A DNA stretch of 64,000 nucleotides from Solirubrobacterales bacterium (lineage in GTDB: Bacteria > Actinomycetota > Thermoleophilia > Solirubrobacterales > Solirubrobacteraceae), in the NCBI GenBank assembly GCA_027451345.1, contig DAIDJO010000053.1, positions 747 through 64,746 of the forward strand, written 5' to 3'. The stretch's first letter is position 1; every line of letters begins with the position of its first letter. A program made the position numbers and the translations under genes. Shown here piece by piece: positions 1 to 7,729 of the stretch. Under the pieces are notes generated by a model. It did no database searches. It was not told the origin of the DNA and saw only the letters and a program-made list of their open reading frames with translations.

Positions 1-1087
1 CATCGGTGAAGTAGAGGAGCCGGATCTTCTTGAACTCGGTGGAGGAGTAGAGCGTGGCCCGCTCGCTGATGCCGGTCTGCGCCGCGATCGAGTCGAGAAT
101 CGCGTCGCACTCCTCCTTCGAGCGCCCGTGGGCCATCGTGAACACGGAGTACGGCCAGTCGGGGTACGTCGGACGCTGATAGCAATGCGAGATCCCGCGG
201 AACTGCGACATCTGCATGCCGAGTTCGAGCACGCGGTCCTCGGGGACCTTCCAGACGCCCATGCCGTTCGCGCTGTAGCCCGCCCGCCGGTGGAAGAGGA
301 TCGCGGCGACGCGGCGCAGCAGGCGACGCTGCACCATCCCCTCGAGGTGGGCGAGCAGGCGCTCCTGCGAGATGCCGAGCTCGCTCGCGGCGGGCGCGTA
401 GGGCTCGGGGATGACCGGCAGGTCGCCCTGGGTGGCGCGGATCACGGCGCGGTCGAACTCGTCGTAGGGCTGCGGCTCGGTCTCGGCCGGCTCCACCGCC
501 TCGCTCACCTTGTTCGCGAGCGTCTCGGACCCCTTCTCCATCTCGAGGTCCATGCGGATCTTGAAGAGCTTGAGGGTGGGCAGCTGCCGGATCGATTCGG
601 CGCCGGCGAGCTCGCCGAGGCGCACGAGGGTCCGCTCGAGGCCGAGCTTCGAGTCGGGCTCGGTGGCGATCGTGAACCAGATGTTGAACTCGTGGTTGCG
701 CAGGTAGTTGTGCGAGACGCCGGGGTGCTCGTTGATGACGTTGGCGGCGCGCCACGGGTTCTCCGGGTCGACCTTGGCGGCGACGAGCATCGAGCTGTAG
801 CCGAGCGCGCGGGTGTCGTAGATCGGGGTGACCTGGCGGATGATCCGCTCCTCGAGCAGGCGCCGCACGCGTCCGAGCACCTCCTCCTCGCTGATGCCGG
901 CGCCCGCGGCCACGTGCTGATAGGGCCGCGCGGCGATCGGGAAGCTGCCCTGCATCAGGTTGAGCAGGCGCTTGTCGAGGTCGTCGAGCGGCACGGCCGC
1001 GCCGTCCTTGCGGGAGCGCAGCTTGGGGCCGAAGCCGCTGCCCCGGGGCTCGGTGATGCCGTCCTCTGTGTGCGCTACGTCAGCCAC
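1..1087 (-). CDS. ahbAB: Fused siroheme decarboxylase AhbA-AhbB (NirDL/NirGH-like, two Lrp/AsnC-like modules); 3' end lies outside the window
   Basis: Not in the ORF track; manual translation from GTG at 1087 gives ...LDDLDKRLLNLMQGSFPIAARPY...HPGVSHNYLRNHEFNIWFT...RRVAAILFHRRAGYSANGMGVW...ISHCYQRPTYPDWPYSVFTMAHG...; both SHNYxR and SHCYxR motifs are present; start overlaps the hemB stop. Confidence 0.9.
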   Translation of the reverse strand, partial: MADVAHTEDGITEPRGSGFGPKLRSRKDGAAVPLDDLDKRLLNLMQGSFPIAARPYQHVAAGAGISEEEVLGRVRRLLEERIIRQVTPIYDTRALGYSSMLVAAKVDPENPWRAANVINEHPGVSHNYLRNHEFNIWFTIATEPDSKLGLERTLVRLGELAGAESIRQLPTLKLFKIRMDLEMEKGSETLANKVSEAVEPAETEPQPYDEFDRAVIRATQGDLPVIPEPYAPAASELGISQERLLAHLEGMVQRRLLRRVAAILFHRRAGYSANGMGVWKVPEDRVLELGMQMSQFRGISHCYQRPTYPDWPYSVFTMAHGRSKEECDAILDSIAAQTGISERATLYSSTEFKKIRLLYFTD

Positions 1088-2079
1088 TGCGCCGCATCCT
1101 TTGCGTGGTAGGTGATGATGATGTCGGCCCCGGCCCGCCGGATGCCGGTGAGCGCCTCGAGCACCGCGGAGCGCTCGTCCATGTAGCCGGCGGCGGCGGC
1201 CGCCTTGAGCATCGCGTACTCCCCGCCCGTGTTGTAGGCGACGAGCGGCAGCCGGGTCGCGTCCTTGACGCGACGGATGATGTCGAGATACGGGAGCGCG
1301 GGCTTGACCATCAGCAGGTCGGCGCCCTCCTCGACGTCGAGCAACGACTCACGCACCGCCTCGGCACCGTTGGCGGGATCCATCTGGTACCCGCGGCGAT
1401 CGCCGACGGCGGGAGCGGAATCGGCGGCCGCGCGAAACGGCCCGTAGCAGGCGGAGGCGAACTTCGACGAGTACGCCAGGATCGGCGTGTCGCTGAGATC
1501 GGCCTCGTCGAGCGCCTCCCGGATCGCGCCGATCCGGCCGTCCATCATGTCGCTCGGCGCAACGATGTCGGCGCCCGCCCGAGCCTGCGAGACCGCCGTG
1601 CGGGCGAGCAGCTCGAGCGTCGCGTCGTTGTCGACGGTGACCGGAGGCTCGCCCTCCCGCGCGTCGCCGGCCGGGGCGCGCAGCACGCCGCAATGCCCGT
1701 GGTCGGTGTATTCGCACAGGCACAGATCGGTGATCACGATGAGCTCGGGGTGGGCCCGCTTGATCGCGCGGGTGGCGAGCTGCACGATGCCGTCGTCGTC
1801 GTAGGCCCCGGAGCCCGCGCCATCCTTCTGCGCCGGGATCCCGAACAGGATCACGGCCGGGATGCCGAGGGCGGCGGCGGCGCCCGCCTCGACCACGCTC
1901 TCGGCGAGCGAGAGGCGGTCGATCCCCGGCATCGTCCAGATCGGCTCGCGCCCCTCGAGCCCCTCGGCGACGAACAGCGGGTAGACCAGGTCCGACGCGG
2001 TGAGCCGGGTCTCGCGCACGAGGCCGCGCAGCTGATGCGTGGTGCGCAGGCGTCGCATGCGGGTGGTGGGGAAGGCCAT
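1075..2079 (-). CDS. hemB: Porphobilinogen synthase (zinc type)
   Basis: RMRRLR N-terminus, DLCLCEYTDHGHCG zinc triad, APSDMMDGRI, MVKPALPYLD, RRAGADIIITY; start ATG 2079 or GTG 2082. Confidence 0.97.
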   Translation of the reverse strand: MAFPTTRMRRLRTTHQLRGLVRETRLTASDLVYPLFVAEGLEGREPIWTMPGIDRLSLAESVVEAGAAAALGIPAVILFGIPAQKDGAGSGAYDDDGIVQLATRAIKRAHPELIVITDLCLCEYTDHGHCGVLRAPAGDAREGEPPVTVDNDATLELLARTAVSQARAGADIVAPSDMMDGRIGAIREALDEADLSDTPILAYSSKFASACYGPFRAAADSAPAVGDRRGYQMDPANGAEAVRESLLDVEEGADLLMVKPALPYLDIIRRVKDATRLPLVAYNTGGEYAMLKAAAAAGYMDERSAVLEALTGIRRAGADIIITYHAKDAAQWLT

Positions 2080-2151
2080 CACCCCCGAGGATACGCCGGG
2101 GCTGCCCGCGCCCGTGACCGGCGCGTCCTCACCGTGACCGCGAACGCCCGC

Positions 2152-2433
2152 CTACACCAGGTGCCAGGGTTCGACGCGACGTTCGATGACGAGGCCGGCG
2201 GTGACGTACGGGTCGGCGTCGGACCACGCCTGCACCTCGGATCGGGTGAGCCCCCGGATGCCGAGCACGGCCCCGGCCGGCGGGTCGCCCCAGGCGCCGG
2301 CGACGATCAGCCGGCCGTCGGCCCGCAGGGCCGCGATCCGCTCGAGGTGCGCGTCGCGGTGGGGTGCGCGACGCTCGAGCATGTCGGCGACGTAGCGGTA
2401 GAACAGCACGTGGGTGGGTTCGGATTCGCTCAT
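2152..2433 (-). CDS. YciI family protein
   Basis: ERRAPHRDAHL and DADPYVTAGL motifs, about 93 aa. Confidence 0.85.
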   Translation of the reverse strand: MSESEPTHVLFYRYVADMLERRAPHRDAHLERIAALRADGRLIVAGAWGDPPAGAVLGIRGLTRSEVQAWSDADPYVTAGLVIERRVEPWHLV

Positions 2434-2506
2434 CCGCCGGACGGTAGAGGTCGGCATCCCGTTCCCGTTCCCCGGGCGCTGGGCGGCGGCGCTAGGCTGT
2501 GCGGAG

Positions 2507-2725
2507 ATGGCCGGGATCGAGAAGCGGCCGGACTACCGGCCCCGCAGCCAACGGGAGAAGGAGGTCTACCGCCTCGTGCTGCTCGGCGGCGGCACCGGGG
2601 TGGTCGGGATCGTCACGCTCGTGCTCACCGTGGCCGGCCTCACCGGAGCGGTTCCGCCGATCATCCTGCTGCTCGTCTGCGCCTACTGCATCTGGCGCTT
2701 CCGGCGCGTCACCGGCCAGCGCTGA
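2507..2725 (+). CDS. Small membrane protein with two hydrophobic segments
   Basis: ATG 2507 preceded by TAGGCT; basic N-terminus then two TM-like stretches; stop overlaps the next gene. Confidence 0.65.
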   Translation: MAGIEKRPDYRPRSQREKEVYRLVLLGGGTGVVGIVTLVLTVAGLTGAVPPIILLLVCAYCIWRFRRVTGQR

Positions 2726-3513
2726 GCCTGACGCACGACATCTTCCTGGTCGCAGCGGGCCTCCTCGCCGGGATCGTCGGCACGGCCGGAGGCATCACCT
2801 CGCTGGTCTCCTACCCCGCGCTGCTCGCCGTCGGCCTGCCGCCGCTGGCCGCCAACGCCACCAACCTGGTCGCGCTCAACGCCTGCTGGCCGGGGTCGGC
2901 GCACGGCTCGCAGCGCGAGCTGGCCGGACGGGGGTCCTGGCTGCGGCGCTGGCTGCCCCTGACCGCGGCCGGCGGCGCCACCGGCGCCGTCCTGCTGCTG
3001 GTGACCCCGCCCGGCGCCTTTGCCGCGGTCGTGCCCTTCCTGATCGCCGGCGGGTCCCTCGCCCTGATCGCCGAGCCGTGGATCCGGGGGGTGCGCCCCG
3101 GACCACGCGCCAGTCGGGATCCGCTCCGCAGCAGCCGCCCCGGCGGGCGCGGACACACGGCCCTGCTCGCGGTCAGCCTCGGTCTCCTCGCCGTCTACGG
3201 CGGTTACTTCGGGGCCGGCTCGGGCGTGTTGACCCTCGCTCTGCTGCTCCTCACGGTCGAGCGCGACCTGCCCACGGCCAACGCCCTGAAGAACATGACC
3301 AACGGCGCGATCACGCTGCCCGCCGGGGTGCTGCTCGCCGGCTTCGGCCCGGTGCATTGGGGGGCGGCCGCGCCGCTCGCCGCCGGAGCGCTCGTGGGCG
3401 CCCGCCTCGGCCCGGCCGTCACCCGCGCCCTGCCGCGCCACGTGGCCCGCTGGAGCGTGGCGCTGCTCGGCCTCGGACTGGCGGCGTGGCTCTGGCTGAA
3501 GCCGAGCGCCTGA
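2722..3513 (+). CDS. Sulfite exporter TauE/SafE (TSUP) family membrane protein; apparent CTG start
   Basis: AGLLAGIVGTAGGITSLVSYPALL, LAANATN, YGGYFGAGSG, ANALKN motifs; C-terminal part of ORF 1105..3513. Confidence 0.85.
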   Translation: MSLTHDIFLVAAGLLAGIVGTAGGITSLVSYPALLAVGLPPLAANATNLVALNACWPGSAHGSQRELAGRGSWLRRWLPLTAAGGATGAVLLLVTPPGAFAAVVPFLIAGGSLALIAEPWIRGVRPGPRASRDPLRSSRPGGRGHTALLAVSLGLLAVYGGYFGAGSGVLTLALLLLTVERDLPTANALKNMTNGAITLPAGVLLAGFGPVHWGAAAPLAAGALVGARLGPAVTRALPRHVARWSVALLGLGLAAWLWLKPSA

Positions 3514-3528
3514 GGGCCCGCGGCCGGG

Positions 3529-4746
3529 TCAGAGGCGGGGCTGCCCCGTCGACCACGGCTCGAGCACGAGGTGGCGGTGCAGGTACAGGGTGGTCGCGCG
3601 GACCATCGTGGCGATCGGCAGGGCGAGCAGCGCCCCGGGAACGCCAAAGACCTGGTAGCCGATCAGCAGCGCGAGGATCACGAGGATCGGGTTGATGCGC
3701 AGCGAGATGCGAAAGACCTGCGGGGCGACGACATGACCCTCGAGCTGCTGCAGGGCGACGAACAGGATGAGCAGCCAGAGCGCGGCGATCGGTTGGGTGG
3801 CCAGGGCGACGAGAATCGGCGGGATCGGGCCGATGATCGGGCCGATGTAGGGGATCAGCTCCATCAGGCCGTAGAAGAGGCCGAAGAAGACGGCATAGTG
3901 GGCGCCGTCGCGGAACACCCCGAGGAGCCCGAGCAGCTCGAGCAGCAGCCCCGCGCTGCCGCCCATGATCAGGCTGAAGAGCAGCTGTCCGCGGACATAT
4001 CCGGAGACGGCGCGCTGGATCAGCAGCGGGTAGTCGTCGCCGGGCGTGCCGTCGCCCGCCGGCATCCAGCGCCGCACGAGCGTGCCGATGTCGCGCGCGT
4101 AGACGAGCAGGTAGACCGAGAGGACGAAGATGAGGATGAGGTCGACGGAGATCGTGAGCAGTTGCCCGAGCACGTCGCGGGAGACGGACAGGATCGATCC
4201 GGAGCTCTTCAGCACCTGTTTCTGCAGCGTCTGCAGCGCGGTGTGGCCCTGCTGCGCGAGGTGGACCTTGATCCCGTGGTTGTCGAGGAAGCTCTGGATG
4301 TTGAGCAGGTCGTGGTTCACCCGCTTGACGAAGGCCGGGAAGTGCCTCGAGAAATGCGACAGCTGGTCGCTCACCGGCGCCGACAGCAGCGCGCCGATGG
4401 CCGCGAAGACGAGCAGGATCGTGAGATACGAGCCGGCGATGGCCAGACCGCGGGGGACGAGGCGCTCGAGCTGCCTGGCCAGTGGGTTGAGGATCACGGC
4501 GATGACGCCCGCCGCCGAGACGACGACGAGCAGTGGCCCCATCGCCCGTCCGATCTCCCAGAGGCCGACGAGGGCCAGCGGCAGCAGGACCATCTGCACC
4601 CACCGCGGCACCATCACCGGCGCGGCGAGCGGCGCCGCGAGAGGCACGCCGCGGCTGCCGGGCGGCGGGTCCTCCGTCGGCGGCTCGACCGCCGCGGAGC
4701 CCTCGGCGAGGGCGGGCGAATCCGGATGGACCTCCGTCTCCTCCAT
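3529..4746 (-). CDS. AI-2E (PerM/UPF0118) family transporter
   Basis: AVILNPL, GYVRGQL, ELIPYIGP, QQLEGHVVAP, GALLALP motifs. Confidence 0.9.
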   Translation of the reverse strand: MEETEVHPDSPALAEGSAAVEPPTEDPPPGSRGVPLAAPLAAPVMVPRWVQMVLLPLALVGLWEIGRAMGPLLVVVSAAGVIAVILNPLARQLERLVPRGLAIAGSYLTILLVFAAIGALLSAPVSDQLSHFSRHFPAFVKRVNHDLLNIQSFLDNHGIKVHLAQQGHTALQTLQKQVLKSSGSILSVSRDVLGQLLTISVDLILIFVLSVYLLVYARDIGTLVRRWMPAGDGTPGDDYPLLIQRAVSGYVRGQLLFSLIMGGSAGLLLELLGLLGVFRDGAHYAVFFGLFYGLMELIPYIGPIIGPIPPILVALATQPIAALWLLILFVALQQLEGHVVAPQVFRISLRINPILVILALLIGYQVFGVPGALLALPIATMVRATTLYLHRHLVLEPWSTGQPRL

Positions 4747-4768
4747 TGAGATGGAACAGTATGCGCCT

Positions 4769-5557
4769 ATGAGCGACGGAGTCAGGATCCTGTTCGTCGG
4801 TGACGTGGTCGGGAGCGCCGGTCGGCGAACGCTGCAGGCGGTGCTGCCTCGGCTGCGCGATCGGCTTCTCCTGGATTTCGTCGTCGTCAACGGGGAGAAC
4901 GCGGCGGGCGGCCACGGGATCACGTCGAAGATCGCCCGCGAGATGTTCGCGGCCGGGGTCGACGTGATCACCCTCGGCAATCACACCTACCGCCAGCAGG
5001 AGGTCTACCGCTACCTCGACGAGGAGGAGCGCATCCTGCGGCCGGCGAACTTCCTGCGCGGCCAGCCCGGCCACGGCACCTGCGTGGTGGAGCGCGGCGG
5101 AGTCCGGCTCGGGGTCATCTCGCTCGCCGGCAACCTCTACATGAACAGCTCGCTGCCCGCGTTCTCCGAGGCCGACGCCGCGCTCTACGCGCTGCGCGGC
5201 CGCGCCGACCACATCCTGGTCGACATGCATGCCGAGGCCACGAGCGAGAAGGTCGGGCTCGGCTGGTATCTCGACGGTCGCGTGACGGCCGTGGTGGGGA
5301 CCCACACGCACGTGCCCACCGCCGACGCGCGCGTGCTCCCCGGCGGCACCGCCTACATCACCGACGTCGGGATGACCGGCGCCCGCGGTGGGGTGCTCGG
5401 GGTCCGGCGCGAGCAGGCGATCGACGCGATGCTGACCCGGATGCCCGTCCGTTTCGAGACCTCCGAGGAGGACCCCTGGCTGCAGGGCGCCCTGATCGAC
5501 TGCGGGACCGAACCGATGCGCGCCGTCTCGATCGTCGGCCTGCAGGAGCAGCCCTGA
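4769..5557 (+). CDS. ymdB: YmdB-family metallophosphoesterase (TIGR00282-like)
   Basis: ILFVGDVVG, VNGENAAGG, TLGNH, LRPAN, DMHAEATSEK, GTHTHV, TDVGMTG. Confidence 0.93.
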   Translation: MSDGVRILFVGDVVGSAGRRTLQAVLPRLRDRLLLDFVVVNGENAAGGHGITSKIAREMFAAGVDVITLGNHTYRQQEVYRYLDEEERILRPANFLRGQPGHGTCVVERGGVRLGVISLAGNLYMNSSLPAFSEADAALYALRGRADHILVDMHAEATSEKVGLGWYLDGRVTAVVGTHTHVPTADARVLPGGTAYITDVGMTGARGGVLGVRREQAIDAMLTRMPVRFETSEEDPWLQGALIDCGTEPMRAVSIVGLQEQP

Positions 5558-5574
5558 CGCCCATTGCCGGGCGA

Positions 5575-5621
5575 TTTGCCCGATATCGGGCAAAATCTTG
5601 GCAAATGCCGACCCACGGGCA
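5575..5621. promoter_or_regulatory. Perfect 20-bp palindrome TTTGCCCGATATCGGGCAAA (5575-5594) plus a second TGCC-N8-GGCA site (5606-5621); putative operator pair
   Basis: Read directly in the intergenic region upstream of the small ORF-glmS unit. Confidence 0.65.
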
Positions 5622-5635
5622 ACACTGTTGACGGA

Positions 5636-5902
5636 ATGGTGTCTGAGGATCTGACCCCGTTGCTCGACCATCTCGAGAGCTCCGGCGTGTCCCGAGGTCA
5701 GGCCGCGCGGCTGGTGGACGACGTGCTCGCCTACTTCTCGGAGACCCCCGAGGAGTTCGTGCGGCGGCGGCATCGGGAGCTGCACCGCGACGGCGTGGTC
5801 AACGCGGTCGCCTTCTCGGTGATCGCCCGCGAGCTCGCGGCCCGGCCGGTGGCCGGACCGCGGCTGAGCGAGCGTCAGATCAGGCGCGTCATCTACGGCT
5901 AG
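5636..5902 (+). CDS. Conserved-looking small helical protein (88 aa) upstream of glmS, possibly DNA-binding
   Basis: LVDDVLAYFSETPEEFVRRRHREL...LSERQIRRVIYG; followed 12 nt later by glmS with an AAGGAG RBS. Confidence 0.75.
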   Translation: MVSEDLTPLLDHLESSGVSRGQAARLVDDVLAYFSETPEEFVRRRHRELHRDGVVNAVAFSVIARELAARPVAGPRLSERQIRRVIYG

Positions 5903-5914
5903 AAGGAGCCCGCT

Positions 5915-7729
5915 GTGTGTGGAATCGTCGGATACGTCGGCCGGCAGGACGCGGTGCCGGTGCTGCTCGAGGGACTCGCTCGCCTCGAGTACCGCGGCTA
6001 CGACTCGGCGGGCGTCGCCGTGGCCCGCAACGGCTCGCTGCGGGTGCACAAGCAGGCGGGGAAGGTCCGCGACCTGGCCACGAGCATGCCGAAGCGGATC
6101 GCCGGCAGCGTCGGCATCGCCCACACCCGCTGGGCCACCCACGGCCTGCCGAGTGACGCCAACGCGCATCCGCAGCTCGACGCGTCCGGCCGCATCGCGG
6201 TCGTGCACAACGGCATGATCGAGGATGCCACCATGCTCCGCGGCCGGCTGGAGGCCGACGGGATCACCTTCGCCAGCGAGACCGACACCGAGGTGCTCGC
6301 TCACCTGATCGCCCTCGAGGACGTCGACGACCTCGAGGAGGCCGTCCGCCGCGCGCTGCGCCGCGTGCACGGCGCCTACGGACTGGCCGTGCTCGACGCG
6401 CGCCAACCGGACCGGATCGTGCTGGCCCGAAACGGGAGCCCCGTGCTGATCGGCGTCGGAGAGCGTCAGATGCTCTGCGCCTCCGACATGGCGGCGCTCG
6501 TCCGCCACGCCCAGCAGGTGGTTCACCTCGAGGATGGCGAGGTCGCCACCGTGACGGCGGACTCGTTCTCGACCAGCACGCTCGACGCGCAGCCGTCGGT
6601 GAAGACCGCCACGAGCATCGACGTCGAGGCGCACGACTACGAGCGAGGGAACTACGAGCACTTCATGCTCAAGGAGATCTTCGAGCAGCCCGACGCGATC
6701 GGCTCGACGCTGCGCGGCCGCCTCGACACCCGCTTCGCCACGGCGCGTCTCGGCGGGCTGAACCTCACCGCCCGTGAGCTGCGGGCCTTCCGCCGCGTCC
6801 ACATCATCGCCGCCGGATCGGCCCTCTACGCGGGCATCGTCGGGGCCGGCATGCTCGAGTCGCTCGCCCGCATCCCAGCCTCGGCCGAGCCCGCCGCGGA
6901 GTTCCGCTACCGCAATCCGGTGATCGAGCCCGACACGCTCTACGTCGCCGTCAGCCAGTCCGGCGAGACGGCGGACACGCTCGCCGCGGTCGAGGAGGTC
7001 TCGCGCAAGGGCGGGCGGGTGCTCGGCGTCGTCAACGTCCCCGGCTCGAGCATCTCCCGCGCCGTCGACGGCGGGATCTATCTGCACGCCGGGCCCGAGG
7101 TCTCGGTGACCTCGACCAAGGCGTTCACCTGCATGGCCGTCGCCTTCGCCCTGCTCGCGCTGCACCTCGGCCGCCTGCGCGACCTCGGGCCGGCGGACGG
7201 CCAGCGCCTCATCCAGGCGCTCGGCGAGCTCCCGGCGCAGGCGGCCGAGGCGATCCGGGACACGGCGCACATCCAGCGCCTGGCGCAGTGGCTCAGCTCA
7301 GCGCAGAGCGCCTTCTTCATCGGCCGCGTCCGCGGGTACCCGGTCGCTCTCGAAGGCGCACAGAAGCTGAAGGAGGTCTCCTACATCCACGCCGAGGCCT
7401 ACCCGGCGGCCGAGCTCAAGCACGGCCCGCTCGCCCTCGTGGCGCCCGAGCTGCCGACCGTCGCGATCGTGCCCGACGACGAGCTCTTCGAGAAGAACCT
7501 CGCCTCGCTCGAGCAGATCCATTCGCGCCGCGGTCCCGTCCTCGCCGTCACCCACCGCTCCCTCGGCGACCTCGCCGACCACGAGATCCTCGTCCCCCGG
7601 AGCGAGCCCGAACTCGACCCCATTCTGCTCGGGTTGCCGCTCCAGCTGCTCGCCTACTACGCCGCGGTCGCGCTCGAGCGCGACATCGACCAGCCCCGCA
7701 ACCTGGCCAAGAGCGTCACGGTGGAGTGA
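5915..7729 (+). CDS. glmS: Glutamine--fructose-6-phosphate aminotransferase (isomerizing)
   Basis: MCGIVG, LEYRGYDSAG, HTRWATHG, SQSGETADT, ELKHGP, PRNLAKSVTVE. Confidence 0.98.
   Translation: MCGIVGYVGRQDAVPVLLEGLARLEYRGYDSAGVAVARNGSLRVHKQAGKVRDLATSMPKRIAGSVGIAHTRWATHGLPSDANAHPQLDASGRIAVVHNGMIEDATMLRGRLEADGITFASETDTEVLAHLIALEDVDDLEEAVRRALRRVHGAYGLAVLDARQPDRIVLARNGSPVLIGVGERQMLCASDMAALVRHAQQVVHLEDGEVATVTADSFSTSTLDAQPSVKTATSIDVEAHDYERGNYEHFMLKEIFEQPDAIGSTLRGRLDTRFATARLGGLNLTARELRAFRRVHIIAAGSALYAGIVGAGMLESLARIPASAEPAAEFRYRNPVIEPDTLYVAVSQSGETADTLAAVEEVSRKGGRVLGVVNVPGSSISRAVDGGIYLHAGPEVSVTSTKAFTCMAVAFALLALHLGRLRDLGPADGQRLIQALGELPAQAAEAIRDTAHIQRLAQWLSSAQSAFFIGRVRGYPVALEGAQKLKEVSYIHAEAYPAAELKHGPLALVAPELPTVAIVPDDELFEKNLASLEQIHSRRGPVLAVTHRSLGDLADHEILVPRSEPELDPILLGLPLQLLAYYAAVALERDIDQPRNLAKSVTVE

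Noticed and set aside
128-1111. 327-aa plus-strand ORF
   Set aside because: Antisense shadow of ahbAB, which carries recognisable motifs on the minus strand
5558-5914. glmS ribozyme
   Set aside because: The region is occupied by a coding ORF ending 12 nt before glmS, and no ribozyme core was recognised
3419-7270. 1283-aa minus-strand ORF
   Set aside because: Shadow of glmS/ymdB and off-frame of AI-2E; Arg/Gly-rich with no motifs, typical of high-GC DNA
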